Assembly: GCA_002633005.1 (NCBI GenBank)
Contig: NMRA01000630.1
Span: 62,001-126,000, forward strand
Source: Phoronis australis
Taxonomy: Eukaryota; Animalia; Phoronida
Length of the DNA: 64,000 bases
Reading direction: 5' to 3'
The position numbers were made by a program, and so were the translations under genes. The notes beneath the pieces were generated by a model. The model did no database searches, was not told the origin of the DNA, and saw only the letters and a list, made by a program, of their open reading frames with translations. This document shows, piece after piece, positions 28,601-43,600 of the stretch. Position 1 is the first letter of the stretch. Each line of letters opens with the position of its first letter.

Positions 28601-31600
28601 CAAAACTTGACAGGGCTTGACTCACTGGCTGAGCTCAATCTTCGACGCAACCGCATTGCAACCGTGGTAAGTAAAGACTGGCTGGCCAGCAACAAGCTGT
28701 TAAATATGCACGGGCTCAATTTGATGATCAAGCAGTTGTCAGCAAAGACCCCCTCAGACTTGTTATTGGTCATCTTGATGAGAGCATTAGGACATGATGA
28801 GTGGTGATTGGTTTGCTGAAGCACTAACTTCTGAATCCTGATTGGTTATCAGGATGCACGCAGTATGATGAATCTTTATTGTATGAAGGGAAGTCTGTGT
28901 ATTCCAATGCTGAAGTATAATACATATTCAAATCCAGGAGTCAAGGTCAAGTTCTAAAAGCTTCAAGATCAGTTTGCAAACTTCTTGTAAAAAGAAGAGT
29001 TCGATTGGTTGCAGAAAATTGTAACACTCAGATACAATTTTTATTTGGCATCCAAATTTAGTCGTCTACATTTACATGGTGATAGAGGTTGATAGAAAAT
29101 TGTTGTTTTTCATAGTAAAGTCTTTGGTCACCACTTTGATGTTCAAATTCACAGACTTTAATCTTAGACAAAACTTTCACTGGTGGCATTAATGGTTGTA
29201 AGCGTCCATTTATGTCACAAATAAGTTGTTGACAAGTAAGCAAAATGTCAGAAAACATCACTTGTCATTTAAGCGCACCAGAAATGTAACATGTTTTTGG
29301 TGTGAGCATGACTAAATAAGCATCTTATAAAAATATAAGACTGACAGGAGGCCTCAAAATAAGTCTGCAGATTTGCAAATATTTTGTGTGAAAAGTTCTT
29401 GCGGCACAGGCCACCTGCACATTGAAGTTAAGTCTCGTCATTGAAAACGCAAAGTATGAATCCGATTACACAGCCTAAAATTGTTTGTGGCGTCAGCAGG
29501 TGTTTACAAGCTGACAACCGCCCCAGAATGCATCTGCAGTGCCATAGATGAAATCCCCGAATTTAACCCTTGGTTAGATGATAACCGACTGTTTCAAATA
29601 GACTTACACTAGAAACAAATCAATTCTTCACTATTAACTAAATTGTATTTCCTCCTAGTCATACTATTGTTTTGTTGCAGACTGAAATCGAGTTACTGCC
29701 AAGCCTTCAGCGACTGTTTCTGAGCTTCAATGAGATCACGTGGTGAGTTCACAGTGTGGGGTTTGTGCTGAGGGTTTCTGGTACCTTCCCCCTCTCTACT
29801 GCCACTAGCAGCTATATGTCTCTACTTCCTGTAGCAAGCATATGTCTACGAAATTTTATTTTCCTGGTTCTGCACAGATAGTACTTTTTCAAAAAGTTGG
29901 TTAATCTTGTCTTAAAAAGCCTAAATCAAGATAGAAACAAGTGAATAGCGTTAAATCATTTGAAATTTCATCGAAGTTTGAAGAGAGGAGATTTTGCTTT
30001 CTTTTTTTAATAGAATTCTGCAGGAAAGGGACTCTCAGTTAAGCTGTTTAAGTTTTGACCACCAGGTGGCACTCTGGTTAATTTCTGCTTGATACCTTGT
30101 TCTGTGTTTGTCTAGTGCAAGTATGTCGTGTGATTGTCATGGTGCTGCAAGATATGTGAAGATATGTGAATGAGATATGTGAAGTTATTTGAAGACTTGC
30201 ATTAGAACGAATGCAGTCCCGTAATGTCAGAGGCTTCTGTACAATTGAAATCTTCACCCTATGTTTACCTTTATCTTACTCTAAAGTCCCAGTATCATCG
30301 CATGTTGTCATAAGTTGCAGTCTTGTTACTATATCCCTTCCGTACATGATGGGTCTATATTCAGAAACTTTTAAGTTACATGGTCATGGATCTGCTGCCT
30401 GGAGTGCTCTGAAAGATTAAAATATCCGTTTTTAGAATTTATATATCCTGGGGTTAATTCCCTGTAAAACACCATTCTTTATATTTTAGTCTTGCATTTC
30501 ATTTGTAAGTACAAAAAGTCAGCATTTTTTGTGGTTGAACTACTGTAAATTTTGTAGGTGTAATTCATGAGGGTGCTCGTAATATATAATTCTGCAGCAC
30601 AATTTGTAAACTAAAAGGTATGACAGTGAGGAGATGTCCCTTGCGAGTCTGCTGGAATCGCAGCACTCTGTAGACTATGTTAAGACTTCTCAAGGTAGAT
30701 TCTGGTGTCTAGGCGAATTGAGTTCAAACCTTTTAAGAGTTTTGGCATAATTGAAGGCAGACTGACACAGTTTTGTTGCCAATTCTCATTGATGATACTG
30801 AGGTTTAAAACCTAGCCCCACAAACATAAAGTGTGTTTCACTTCCTGATGAAGCCCTTTGGATTCGATGATTTCCTTTCTGTCACATGCAACCCACAGCT
30901 GATTCCAATCATTTGAACTCAAACAGAATTCTGGAAAATTTTGAAACTCTCCATTGTCTTTTATTTTTTTGAACTCGCTTTAGGAACACAGCATAATTCA
31001 TGACTGTATAGGCCAAACAGTAAAGCTATCAAGGGACTGAACCTTGGTCACGTCACGTAACTGCCACAGTGATCGGATGAATTTAGCCATGTTGTTGTGT
31101 GCTGCAACAATTTGACGCAAGGTTCCCAGGATATCAGCTCCCAAAAATGACAGTTTAACGTTTGGTCAAACACTTCCTCGCCGTCTTCTTTTCTCCTTGT
31201 GTGAATCAAAATTTTTCATTGACATCTCCAATGCATTTGATCATGTTGATTGGGTGTTACATCACTTTCTTTTATATAAGCAAGTGTTAGAAGAGTTATG
31301 CACTACATGGATTTGGAAGACTGAGACTTGACGATTTTGGCTTTCATTGTATTACTCAGATTTCAAAGCTGCATTTTTACATGAACAGGGTCTGAAAATA
31401 GATTTGACAGCTCATAAAGTTGTCAAAAATAGCTGCCAATGCAACCTTTTCATACGCCCTCATAGTGTGTAATAACGATGTGAGTGGTCATTGGTCACTG
31501 CTCATCAGTTCTTGAATTTGGGACGACCAATATTGCCTATTTCTAAAATTCGGTACAAGATCCGACCTTTAGCAACATAATTAATCTTTCACTGTATAAA

Positions 31601-34600
31601 ACTAGAGAATTTTAACCATAGATAAAATGCAGACAACTGTCGGTGGTGATGTAACCTATATAAATTTGTTTACGATCGGCATATGCACCTAAGATAAGCT
31701 CATTTCACGAGATGTATGAGAGACCGAGGTTAGAATAGAAGTACTAAGTATAAGGGCGAAAATAAAATATGATTATTTGAAACTGATAACCTCTGGATAG
31801 ATGTTGCAAAGTGTCACCCTGAGACAATGAACAAGTTGTTCCTGGAACGGGTTGCTAGGTTTGGGTGCTGTCTGGAAGCTGTTTAAGTTAATGCAACTTA
31901 GCCCACTTGTGACAACTTACTCCACATTATAAAAGTGGAGTTAAACTTGCTCTAGTGTAACTCGTGCCTGATCGCTGTGTAGGCGCATTCCTGACGCAAG
32001 GGAATCAGCTATGCTCTAATGCTCAGTTACATCCATACGAGTCTTCTTTTTGCACCAGCAGTAATATTAATATTAATTACAGTAACAATGATAATAATGA
32101 CTATGATTATGATAACAATAATGAGTAGTACTAAAAATGACTCTAATGTTGATTTTGAAATGCTCGTTTTGTAATCAAATAAGTGTTATGGCAAATTTTT
32201 TATTTGGGATAACAGTAATTGGTGTATTGCCACTTTGCACAAGCTTGGCAGCTACATCACTGCATATGTTCAACAATTTTACCAAATTTTATTTAGTGAT
32301 AGCTTAACTGTACAAAACTAAGTTAAAAGAAAAAAGGGATTACTGAAGAGGAATCTTGGTGTGGAAGTTGACAAAATGAATTTAATTTGTCTGTCCTCTT
32401 GTGTCTTCAGTAATACCCAAGTCCTTAGCTGTATAAAAAGTGATCGTTGGTTTTTAAATGCAAAACTGAAACAAGACCGCCTTTTGTCCTGTTGCCTCCC
32501 TGAAAGATGAGACTTTGATTATATCTACACCTGTTTGAATGATGGATTGTATTGTTTGTTGGTTCACGACCTGATCTTATCTCACATTCAATCTTTTATT
32601 TGATTGGTTGTCCTGGTAGAGAAACTTTCCCAAATCTTTAGAGGAATACGATATAACCCTCATGCTATGTGGTGGGCTGTGTGACTTACTTGTTATTGGC
32701 CCACCGATAATGTTTGCATTAGTGGAGTACGTTAAAGTGGCCAGTTAAACAAGCCGGGATTTGAATCCTTGCGTTTTGTTAGTCGAGAAGATTTCTTTAC
32801 TAATCTCTGCCTTTCTTGAGGCCGATTACATCAGGTTTCATCTCAAATCCAAGCCCTGGAGTGTGTTTGGTCAACTAACGCTGTTTAATCGCATGGGATT
32901 ACAGGCTATCTTTTGCTGCATAAGTGATTCCAGCTTGGTTCTGATGCAGGATTTAAGTTTGTTTAGTTTGTTCACTCTGGATTGCATGTTTTTGACAATT
33001 TGCTGCAGTTGTACGAGAGTTGACTGCATAGGCAGGATGATTTTTACATAACCTTGCGGCCACATAACAGCTTTGGTGCACTCAGTATTGTTTCATTAAC
33101 AGTACTCTGCCATGCATGAGAAAAGCAGATGACATTTTCACATAAGCAGACGTACATCGAGTCTGACTTCATGATGCTGCTCGTTCTTGTGTGGTTGAAC
33201 TGGACTTATCACGATACATTTTTGTGTTGTCGATAACTCTGCTTACGATCGGTGCGTGATAGAATCTTGAGAAGGAAAATCAACAGAAGTTTCACGCCAT
33301 ACGTCATGTATCCTCGTTGAACGTATATAGAAAGTCAACCATGTGTGTTACGTTGTTATTGAGAGCAAGATCTGACTGTTGATGTTTTCAGAAAATAGGA
33401 TTAGTTGATGAGGAACAGCATGCTACGATTTAAAGAAAAGAAACGTGTTGTAATTAACTTTATCAGTCACACTTATGTCAGAAGACAACACTTTGGATTT
33501 AATGAGAATTCCTGTATTCCACCAGCTCAGCAGGTCATGCTGTCTTACTTGTCAGTGGTGAACACTAATTCTGACATAAAAATTGCTGCTATTGTCTGCA
33601 GAGGTTAGTTTACTCAGTGTGAGTTTGACATATTGTGATGGGAACAAATGTACTGTCATCGTAAGTATTGTGAAGAGAAACTAAAGACTGCTCTCTGTGA
33701 TGTTTCATTAGTTTCAACTTACCTAAAAAGTTGCTGTCAGTGGTAAATGGATTGAACGGTTATCGTTAATGACAGTCTGTACTTCCTTGAAGTTTTATTC
33801 AGTTTTGGAGTGCAGGATATAGTAAATGAACAGTGCTAATATGTACAAGATTATCACGGTTGCAAGACTTGGCTTTTTGTGAAGTGTTGAGATACATGTG
33901 TTCAGATGAAGTACTGACTGTGTATCAAATTGAACAACAACTAGGTAGGATTGTGTTGTCATGGTTACACTGCTCATCATCAACAAGGTGCCATTGGAGT
34001 TCAATGCAAACATAATGTTCTCACCTTTTGTTTAATCAGGATTTATTTCATCAGCGTTGGGAACGCAAATTTCCACCTGCTGTCTCTCCCACTTACTCTT
34101 GCCGTTAGGTCAATTGTGGATTTAGGTGCGATATCCTCATCTGTTCCTCAGGAATGCGCATGAATTGAATCAATCATATTGACTGGCACAAAGAAAACTG
34201 GGAGATAAGATTCTGAGGTAACTGAACCTTATCATGTTCAAACAGTTTTGAAGGCTTGATATCCGACTAAATACGCAACGGTTGCTTGCTTGTGGATCTT
34301 TGCGATAAGTATGGTGGATATTTGTGAAATCGTCGAATTAAAGGTTTTATTGCGATCATTGACTATTGTTAAAACGTGTGGATGAACTGTTAGTGAAATT
34401 CTCAATGTTACAAAATACTTGGCTGAATTGAAGATTGCATCAATGTTTACAAGTTTAAAGATTTTTTGGATAGTGAAAGATTGGATTGCATTACGGTGGT
34501 CATTTCTATGGATGCTGTTTGTGTAAGGGTAGTTACTGTCTGGTGCTAAGAGACAGATAATATACAGGATGAGCAGTTGTTTGTGTACAGTCTGACTCTT

Positions 34601-37600
34601 GACAGAGAACTACCAGTTGTTGATACTGTGTGGCTATACTTCTAGAATTCAGGTGGACGAAATGTACGTATTGTGATAGTGTTCACTGCTAACTGTAGTC
34701 GGACTGGACATGTTTTGATCATTTGTCGTTTGAGAATATGTCTTCAAAAGTTACATTGGATGTTTGGTAGCTCTGCATTTCTCTGTTGTTCATTGAACAT
34801 GTTTGCAACAACCCGGGATTGAAATTGGATCTGAGCACTGGTTTACAACAGGATCTACAGGAACGACACGATGAATGACAATTTGGATTAACTCCCCTGA
34901 AGGCTTTGGCTGGAAGAGGGTCTGGTGGTAATGGAGTTGTCCAATGAGATAACACTTCGTCGCATTCTAAAAATGAGATGATACTTTAAAATACCTGTAT
35001 AAAAAATAATCAGTGTTCATTTGATGGTTACTGTGTCTTCCACATTGTGTGCTTAAACTATGACCAGAAAAACGGATGATGAGTTTGGACGGACCGCCAA
35101 GAGGTTTCCACGATTGGCTAACGTCAACTTGACCCCTCACAGGTAAATTTCTTCTTTTGCCCATGACTTGGAGCGTGATGTGTGACTGCGTTGTCTTCTC
35201 CGTTTGGCAAAGGTTCTAAATTAACGTCATCTCAATTTATGAACCCCTATTACACATGAGTCCGAAACTTTTGCTAGAAAATTTGCATTTAGAAACTCAT
35301 CTGTTTCAAGACAACTTGTATTTTGACATCATCATTGTCATCTTATTAGTAAGGAGGTGAACAACATCAGTGTTAGTGATGGTTTAAGTGCAACAAAGCA
35401 CTTAGCTGAACTTAAGTACATCATACAATGAATCTGGTGACTTGTTATGTTTTGCTTCTGAAATTGAATTCCTTATGGAACATTCCCCCCTCCCTCATGA
35501 TAATAGTAGTCAAAAATAATGTAATTGGAGCCAGTATTTCAATCAGGAAGGACATGTTCATCTTAATATGTTTATTGTAGTTGATAATTAGTGTGTCACT
35601 CTTGATATATGGGATGACAAAAGACTGCAGGCAAGTTGAACAGTAGACTAGATTGATATCTAGAGTTGAAACTACCATACCCTGTTCACACCAAAAGCGG
35701 TCACAACTTTTAAACTGATTTATGACCATTATAACAATTGGTTTGAAGGCTTTAAAAGCAGTTTTAATAGTTGTATCTGTAGTGCGATTACAAACCCTCT
35801 GTGAGGTTAGTTTAATGATAGGTTTTAATTGTAGTAACATGGTATGGACAGGGCAGTTGTAAAAGTTATAATTCAGTAGGTGGCGCTGCTGTTAAATCTC
35901 ACTAGAAACAATAGCACACTGTCACTCTAATTTACTGGTCAGAGTGAATCGGAAAACAAATTTAGTTGGTCTGAACACAGCTATAATGAGAGATTTGTTT
36001 TTGTGTGAGAACTTTTTCTCTATTGGTTCCAACATACCTGTATAGTCTATCCCTTTTAATATGTACATCAATCTCAGCAGCCTCCTTGGTACTGGCAAGT
36101 CTGATTCCTGCACAAGTCCATAGCCACAGGGTTGTATTGTGTTCAATGTTTTGGAATTTGAACAAAATTGCCATTTGTTTTTTCAATGAAGTGCTCACAA
36201 TTTTACCTATGATTTGATTTGACTGCATGAATTAAGTGCCAATGAAGTGAAATTTCTTGACTTTTAATTTTGTTGAACAATTTCATGAAAAAATTTAACT
36301 TTTATTTTTTACCATGTATTCTAAAGTGAAGAAACATCGTGTTAACTTAAAATTCGTTACTTTGGGATACAATTTGAGCTAGAATTTTATTTTGCCAACT
36401 TTCTCTTATGAAATAATTAAAAATACTTTGTTTTGCACAAGGTATAGGATTCACAGGTGTTGCCAAAGAACATTTGAGAATTTACAGCATTGTGAATAAT
36501 GACAATTGTAGAAATTTTCCCAAATTGAAGAATTTTCAGCATAAAAAGCAAAAGGGATGCTCACACTGTCTCACAGTTCTAGAAACATTAGCACTGTTGG
36601 AGTTCAAAGAATCTGCAGGCTTCTCCATGGTTAAAAGAACAAAAAAGCATTTTGATTGGTTAAAGGTAAACATTTGAAAAATTCCCATTGGTTGGAAGTT
36701 CAGTGAGATGCCAAAACAGTAGACTTAATTGATTAAGTTCACACAAGTTTGGGTTCAGTGACTACCTCAAGATGGCCGGTACCCAGTGTATTTAGCAAGA
36801 AATGTCCTGGCATTTATTTATGGCAAATGTCCATCTAATACACTGACACTGATGCTTATATTGGTTCGAAGCGCAAGGTTGAAATAGAAAGTACAAAAGT
36901 ACTTGCAACTATTAGACTAAGTTTTAAACCGGTGCAAAGCTCTCAAAACTATGTGGTCTTGCTTTAAGTTTAAAAAATCAGAAGCACAAATATGTTTGTG
37001 ACATTAAAATTTCAATAAAGTTTAGGAGTGCACACACGTGACAAAGCATAACCATTGAGCAGTTTCTTTCTTCATCCAGAGATGGCGCTGTTTTAGAGTG
37101 CATGGGACTGATGTGGGTCATTGAGTGAACTATGAGACCTGTCTGTCTGTAATGTGTGCTTGATAATTTGTGAGGTAAACACAGTACACTTGGAACCAAT
37201 GTGCTGTGTTAGTGGTGATCAATGCATTGTGTAGATAAGCTTACAGTAGTTTTCATTCATTTGCCTCCAGGATGGTGAATTGATCACTTCTAGATTTTTT
37301 CAGTTTTGACTAAAGGCTTCTTAGTGTATTTAATAACAAGAAAAATTTTCGGAATTTTAAACTTTTATTATATCGCGGGTATAAACTGGTCATTTGGCAT
37401 GTTGCCCAAAACATTCTTCTATACTTTATTGCCAAGTATCCATTTGTTTTAATTTATTTGTGAATTAGTTCAATTGCAATTGATGGCTACAGTGATTCAG
37501 TGTCATACCACCACAAAAGTTTATTGCAATATTGGGACAATGAAATGAATTATTATTTCTAAAAACAAATTTTGTCACAAAAAATGACTAACAACTGGTG

Positions 37601-40600
37601 TCACATGGCAGGAAGTACCACGATGTAGCGGTGAGTAATAGCACTGTGGTGGTGTGAGGTTATAACCCTGGAAGGTGTTTAAATAACATGACTTTGCTTA
37701 ATCGTATTCATGATTTGGAAAATGAATTGCCTCATGCACACAAACAGTTTTGGTTGATTATAATTTCTTATGAACCATTTCTATAAATTCACGACGTATG
37801 AATTGTATGACGTAAATGCTTGATAAGAATTCATTTTACTGATTTTTCATTGGTATAAGGTTTAACATCAACCAAGATATTTTATATTTCTTATCACTTT
37901 GAAATCATAAATGACCAAAAGAGATTTTCTATGAAATGACGTTCAGACTTAAGGCTGATGATCATCTTTCATAAGCCTGTGTAAGCAATTTTTATCAACC
38001 AAAATGGCGGAGTGATCTGCTGAAGGAAAACTCTGGTGATTGTTGCTACAATTGCTTTGTCGTATAATATTATTCACAAAGGCAATTCAAGACCATTTTT
38101 GATGCAATCGTCCTGTTTTGTGTTCCTGAATTCATTAGAAGGAAAACATGTGTATGCACATTCTCTTCAAGACTTTTGTTTTGGTATCTTGACTGTAGAT
38201 TAAATGTTTTGTTGGACCCAAATTTTCAGTATGATGCGCATCTGACCATAGACTATAGTGTAATCTATGATCTGACCAATATTTCCCATGTATTTATAGG
38301 GACACCTTCACAAAATTTGCAAATGTCTGGGATACAGCAGGCTTCCTAATGCTGAGTTTGACTGCATGTGATTGTGAATGAAATAATTTATTAATTCTAT
38401 TGAGATACTTTGAATGGGTTATAACTATTTTTTGCAAGCTGTTTAAAAAAATAACACCCAACCCATCAGGCTTACCAGTATATGTCACTGTCGTCAAACA
38501 AATAAACATTGATCAATTAAACAAACAAACATTGATCAATTATACAAGCATTGTCAGCAGTTTCAAAAATACATGTTTTTGTGCTGTGTTGATTGTACTC
38601 CAGCAATGTGGCCTGAATGGGAAGTGGTGTTGTTCACATGTTCGTATTAGTATCGTTCACATGTTCAAATTTAGTGCTCTTCACATGAGAAAATTGTCTG
38701 CAATAATCCCAGTATTTTTTCAGGCATTATTTTACTAGGAAACATGTTTGGATTGGGGCACAAATTTCAGAACTTGCCCGAAAATATGAAGGGCTTTTCT
38801 CATTAACGTTGACTCTTTAGTGTTTGGAGTAACGTTAGTTACTGGTACACCTTAATCTCATCCTTGGATTGAAGTGAATATTGCTCAAGTTTCACAGTAG
38901 GAGGTGGGAAGGATCAGCTTGAAAGTTCATCAAAGTTATCAACAGGGGGTGTTGGAAGCTAATGTGAAAGTTGAAGTTGACTTCTCAAAGTCACTGCCTT
39001 CTAATGCAAATCAAAATGGCACAGTAATCTCCTTCATCTTTCAAGTTCACCACACAAGAGTGATGAAGACTGTGATCCTTACACTTTTGTAATTACATTA
39101 TTCAATGTTTGCTGTGAGTGATGAGCTATACCTGGTATAGCTCATTGCTGTGAGTGATTCTGACGATAAGCGCTGAATTATGTCCAGCAAAGTTCTGCTT
39201 TCCTGGGCTTTTGAGTGTTGGCTTTTAATGATTGAATAAGAGTTTTTTATAGTTTAAAGTTTGTAATAAGTACCGTAGGTTCCTTCACTTCTTGTGTTCA
39301 AGTAATTGTAAACTTGCCTTCCATCACAAGAAAGCAATTTTTTATGTACCATTTTGTTTAATGAGGCTTCAGAAGAACTGAGTTATTGGTTAGAAGTGTG
39401 AAGCTTCTACAGGTTGGTCATGTCATTTTATGTGTGGAACATGTTCTTAAATGAATAACAGCCAATTCGTTACAAGATATCTGACTTTAATTGTGTGAAA
39501 AGAACACCGTTGTAAGCTGAGTTTGCTTCCAGGATAGAATGCAGACTGGATTATACCAGGTTTGCGTGAAATGCTATCAACCTCGATCCATCAGTGTTCA
39601 GTTGTTTGCTGATGCATATGTTTTGGAGATATATTCTGGTTTCAGAGTGTTAAAAGCTCTGCTCCATACTAGTGCTAATGTTCCAACTGCCATTAGCTGT
39701 TCTTCTATGTCCAACTAATGGTCCCCTTCCTAAATGGACATTCAAAAGGGCAACAAGTTCATCGCCGTTAACTTACATTATCTTTAGAATTAATTCAGTC
39801 CATAATACTCAACACTCTGTGGGGCTTCTTATTCAATATAGCCAGCTATAGATTCTGCAACAGTAACAAATAGGTTTGTTTGTTATTTAGTTTCATACAG
39901 ACTCCCTCTTTTATCATTATTCAACATCCACCTTTGGTTCATTTTTGGGCTGGCGTTAGTGGATACACAAGTGTGTTCTGAAATTGTCTTCATCAAGTGC
40001 AGTTCTCGTGGTGACACAGTCAGTCGTCGGTGAAGTCTGCCGTACTGAAGGGCTACTTTTTGCCATTTCCATGTTTGCAAGGACGAAGAAGAACAGGACT
40101 TTTCTGTGCTTTGTTAATGGCTCGTGAATCTTCTGTTCATACAGCTATGTCCGTTGTTTTCTGGTGTTTATTTGGTTATTTGAATTATATGTGAGAAGGT
40201 GGTACAGCCTTGCATTATGGGATTGTATGTGACGTCCCAGTCCCACAGTGGATGTTGATGGAGAGTGATTGATGTTATCTTCACTGTTGAATGCTACTGC
40301 TGTGTCCAACACTCTTGTGTAATGGTTTCGGGCATCCGTTTCAAGTCATTCAGGTTTGCGTAAATGATACCAAATCATGTTTTGGTCTATAAAAAGATAT
40401 CGACAACGACATACCCGTCTAAGTTTCTGAAATAAAATAATGCTTTGTAACCATCGTTAACTCTCAAAATTTCGGAGCAAATGTGGAAACTGTGGAATTC
40501 TGCTAAATATAACAAGTATGACATCATTTTCAGTCAGTGACCCTGATGGTGCATCATGGGAAAACCAAAGGTCATGTAGGACCTATTGACAAGTCTGTCT

Positions 40601-43600
40601 ATAGAGATGAATATCCACAAAATTATATGTTTTTGAAAGTAGAAAGCCTGTAGAATTTGATTTTTGACTTTGTATTAATTTATTCATGATTGGGTCACGT
40701 TGTTTAATGTCTATTCAGTACAGTTTAGAGAGGTATATTTCTAGCAAAACAATGGTACCAATAACGTGATCAAATTTTGTTTGATACATGTTCAAAGTGA
40801 GATGTCAAAAACCTTACAATTTTCTAAAATATCTTTTTATTTCAGGCATAAAATGTATGTGGGTTGATAGCAGCTTTAAAGAATATTGAAGTAATTTTTG
40901 ATGGTTAAACAGAGCAACATTATGGTGTTGGGATAGTAAATAAGTGTTTGTTTTTCCTGCAAGAAGTCCGCAGTCAACGGGCATTGAACTGAGGATTATA
41001 CAGTCAGTCTACCCTGACTGAACCTGTGATGCTAAGCAACTTTATTGAATGCCTTAACTGTTTTATTTATGCTTGGTTATCCAGTTTTCTTGTTTTATCT
41101 CTCTCTCACAGGAAATAGCATTCCTTCAAGTGCTATTCCCATGGTGTCTACAATATTAATACAGTCCACATTGGGTTTCCTAATTGGTGTCTGACAAGGA
41201 AATTGTTAATCCATGTGTGGTAGTTACGGGGCACACGTTGACAGGTGTCTTTGGAAAACAACTCAACAATATTCGTTGAGCATAGTGACGTTAGATTTTA
41301 GTCGGTCTCGACTGCTTTGCTAAGTGGAAGAGTCTTCTTCGATACTGAACAATCATTCTGTTGCAGCTTAAGATTTACCGAATAGTGATGTAGGTTAAAG
41401 CCATGCAGTCCGGAGCTGGAATACCATTATGTTCAAAGGTTCACTATGAATTTGTGATGAATTTGTTGTGCTTTTTTCCTGCTCTTGTATGTAGATAGAA
41501 AACTGATTTGTCTGCAGTTGTGGTCAATATGTGGATTTTCCTTTTGCCTTGAAAATATCAGAATTTTTTTGTCTCACTTTTGGTTTCTTACCTGCGCGAT
41601 GATTTTAAAAGATTATCATCTTTCTCTTGACAGACCGTGACCAGACTTTGATAATTAGCGTTCAGTTGAGAATCATACTATTTGCTTTAAAGCTACAAAC
41701 TTTTGACATTACAGTGTAGTCGGCTGCATAGCATTTGTATTATTCTACTGTTGGTCAATGAGATTAATGACTGGGATGTGATACACGGGGCCGAAGTCAT
41801 CAAAATGCCACGAGGATGTGCTCGAGACTCGATGGATAGTCAACTTGAAACTGATGAATTTTAAGTAGTAAAGTGATATTATCTCAGACTTAATGTGAGT
41901 GATCAATTTCAAATATAAGCCGAGTCCACCACTACTGGCATTGCAGTGTTAAGGGTGGAATATTACAACTAGTTAATGTGTGTACTGAGGTACACTGTGG
42001 ATGGTGTAGTGGAAGACTACATGAAACGTCTGCTGACTTGTTGAAACGTCTGCTGACTTGTAGCCAGTTCTCATCGCTTTTCTTCATCGTGGATACACTG
42101 TGTTTGGAATGAGTTGGAACGACCTCTCGTCTACGAGACACTCGCATGGACCACGCAAGATTTACGTGTTTGGGAATAGAAATGGTTCTAACCTTGTTAG
42201 GTAATGATGCAAAGGATAAGGTTTGGATTTTGAGATGGTTGGGTGGTGATGCATAGTTTGTTTTTCACAATGTGTTGTCGTTACCGTTCCTGTCTGTGTT
42301 TACTATGGTGATTGATATTTGATAGATAAGTGGAATGTCATGGGTTCAACTGTGGCTTGATGTACAACAGTTATCACAGAAGATAACTCAGCAACATCTT
42401 GACAAGTTTAATCAATCTGCAGAAAATCATAATTTTGTTCTAGAGTTGAAGAGAGATTGGTTTTTTGCTGCGTGTGCGTGTACGTCTGTGTTCATACATG
42501 TGTGTGCCTTATGAAAATTACGTTTGTCACATGCCTGTGAGACCTGATACCTCTTGATCACTTCAACTGCCTCATTGGGAATCCCAATGTCTATACTAAA
42601 AGACTCATTTTAAAGTGCCCAACTAGCCTCGTGTTTATCAAAACTGCCTTGTGCTCTGTTTAGCTCTCTCATAATATTCCTTACATAGCATTTGTTTTTC
42701 TTTACCAATAAGAATAAGGAAACATCAGCAACTCATGGAAAAGTTTCAGAATTTATTGGGGCTGGCCACACCCGTAAACTGTAAATTCCAAAATGGCACA
42801 TCTCCTGGGTTGCTGACTTGTTTGATATGTGTGGTAATGTTTCTAAACCTAAAAAATCTTCTGTTTAGAATTGAACAGCTTAGCATGGCAAAATGTTGCC
42901 TTAACTGGTCCGTTTTCATTCTGACAGGAAATAAACAAAATTTTCAAGAGTTTTTTAATTTGTTTCTTTCAAAATTTCTTTTATGATTTAGTCTATGTAA
43001 ACATGTTGTATGCTTCAGCCCAATTTTGGCACCACCTGACTTAACCATTTTCTCTCACACAATTGCAAATTATTTTTTACTAAAATAATGTTTGTCAGTT
43101 TCTCTGCGACTTTTCTGTAGTTTGGAAGTTTTTGAACATTCTCATGTTGAGTGTATAGTCATTATAATGGCAAGATATTGTCAATGTCTTGGAGAATTTC
43201 GCTAAGACCAGTTTGGTGCAGTTCTTCTTTTTGTTGTTCTTGAAATTTTCTGCAAATTCTACATTATCATCATTTTATTTTTTGTTACAGTTTCTCCGAT
43301 ATATCATGCATCGGGGATTCGCCGAGTCTGTCGGAGATTTCCCTGGATGGCAATCCGTTTGCCCAGGAACAATTCTACAAGCAGACGGTCTTGCGACACA
43401 TGCAACAGTTACGTCAACTGGACATGAAACGAATCTCGGTAAGTTGATGAGCGATGCTGGACCATGTGTTATCATACTGTTAACTGTCCACTTTCACAGT
43501 TTCAATGTAAATTATTTTGGCAAACTTGAAATTGAAACAGGACAAAAGTCTCAAGTCAAATACACAGTTATAATTCATGTGTCCTAAGGCAATACCCATA

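Noticed and set aside
28667-28807. 46-codon read-through of exon 7 into the intron
   Set aside because: Strong GTAAGT donor and the next LRR exon is in phase; the extension has no LRR pattern
28426-28824. Minus-strand 132-aa ORF, and similar ones at 43275, 51511, 52054 and 55537
   Set aside because: Antisense shadows of LRRC49 exons
28790-28915. Possible intronic C/D snoRNAs (ATGATGA...CTGA twice)
   Set aside because: Box spacing is under about 50 nt, with no terminal stem or recognisable rRNA guide
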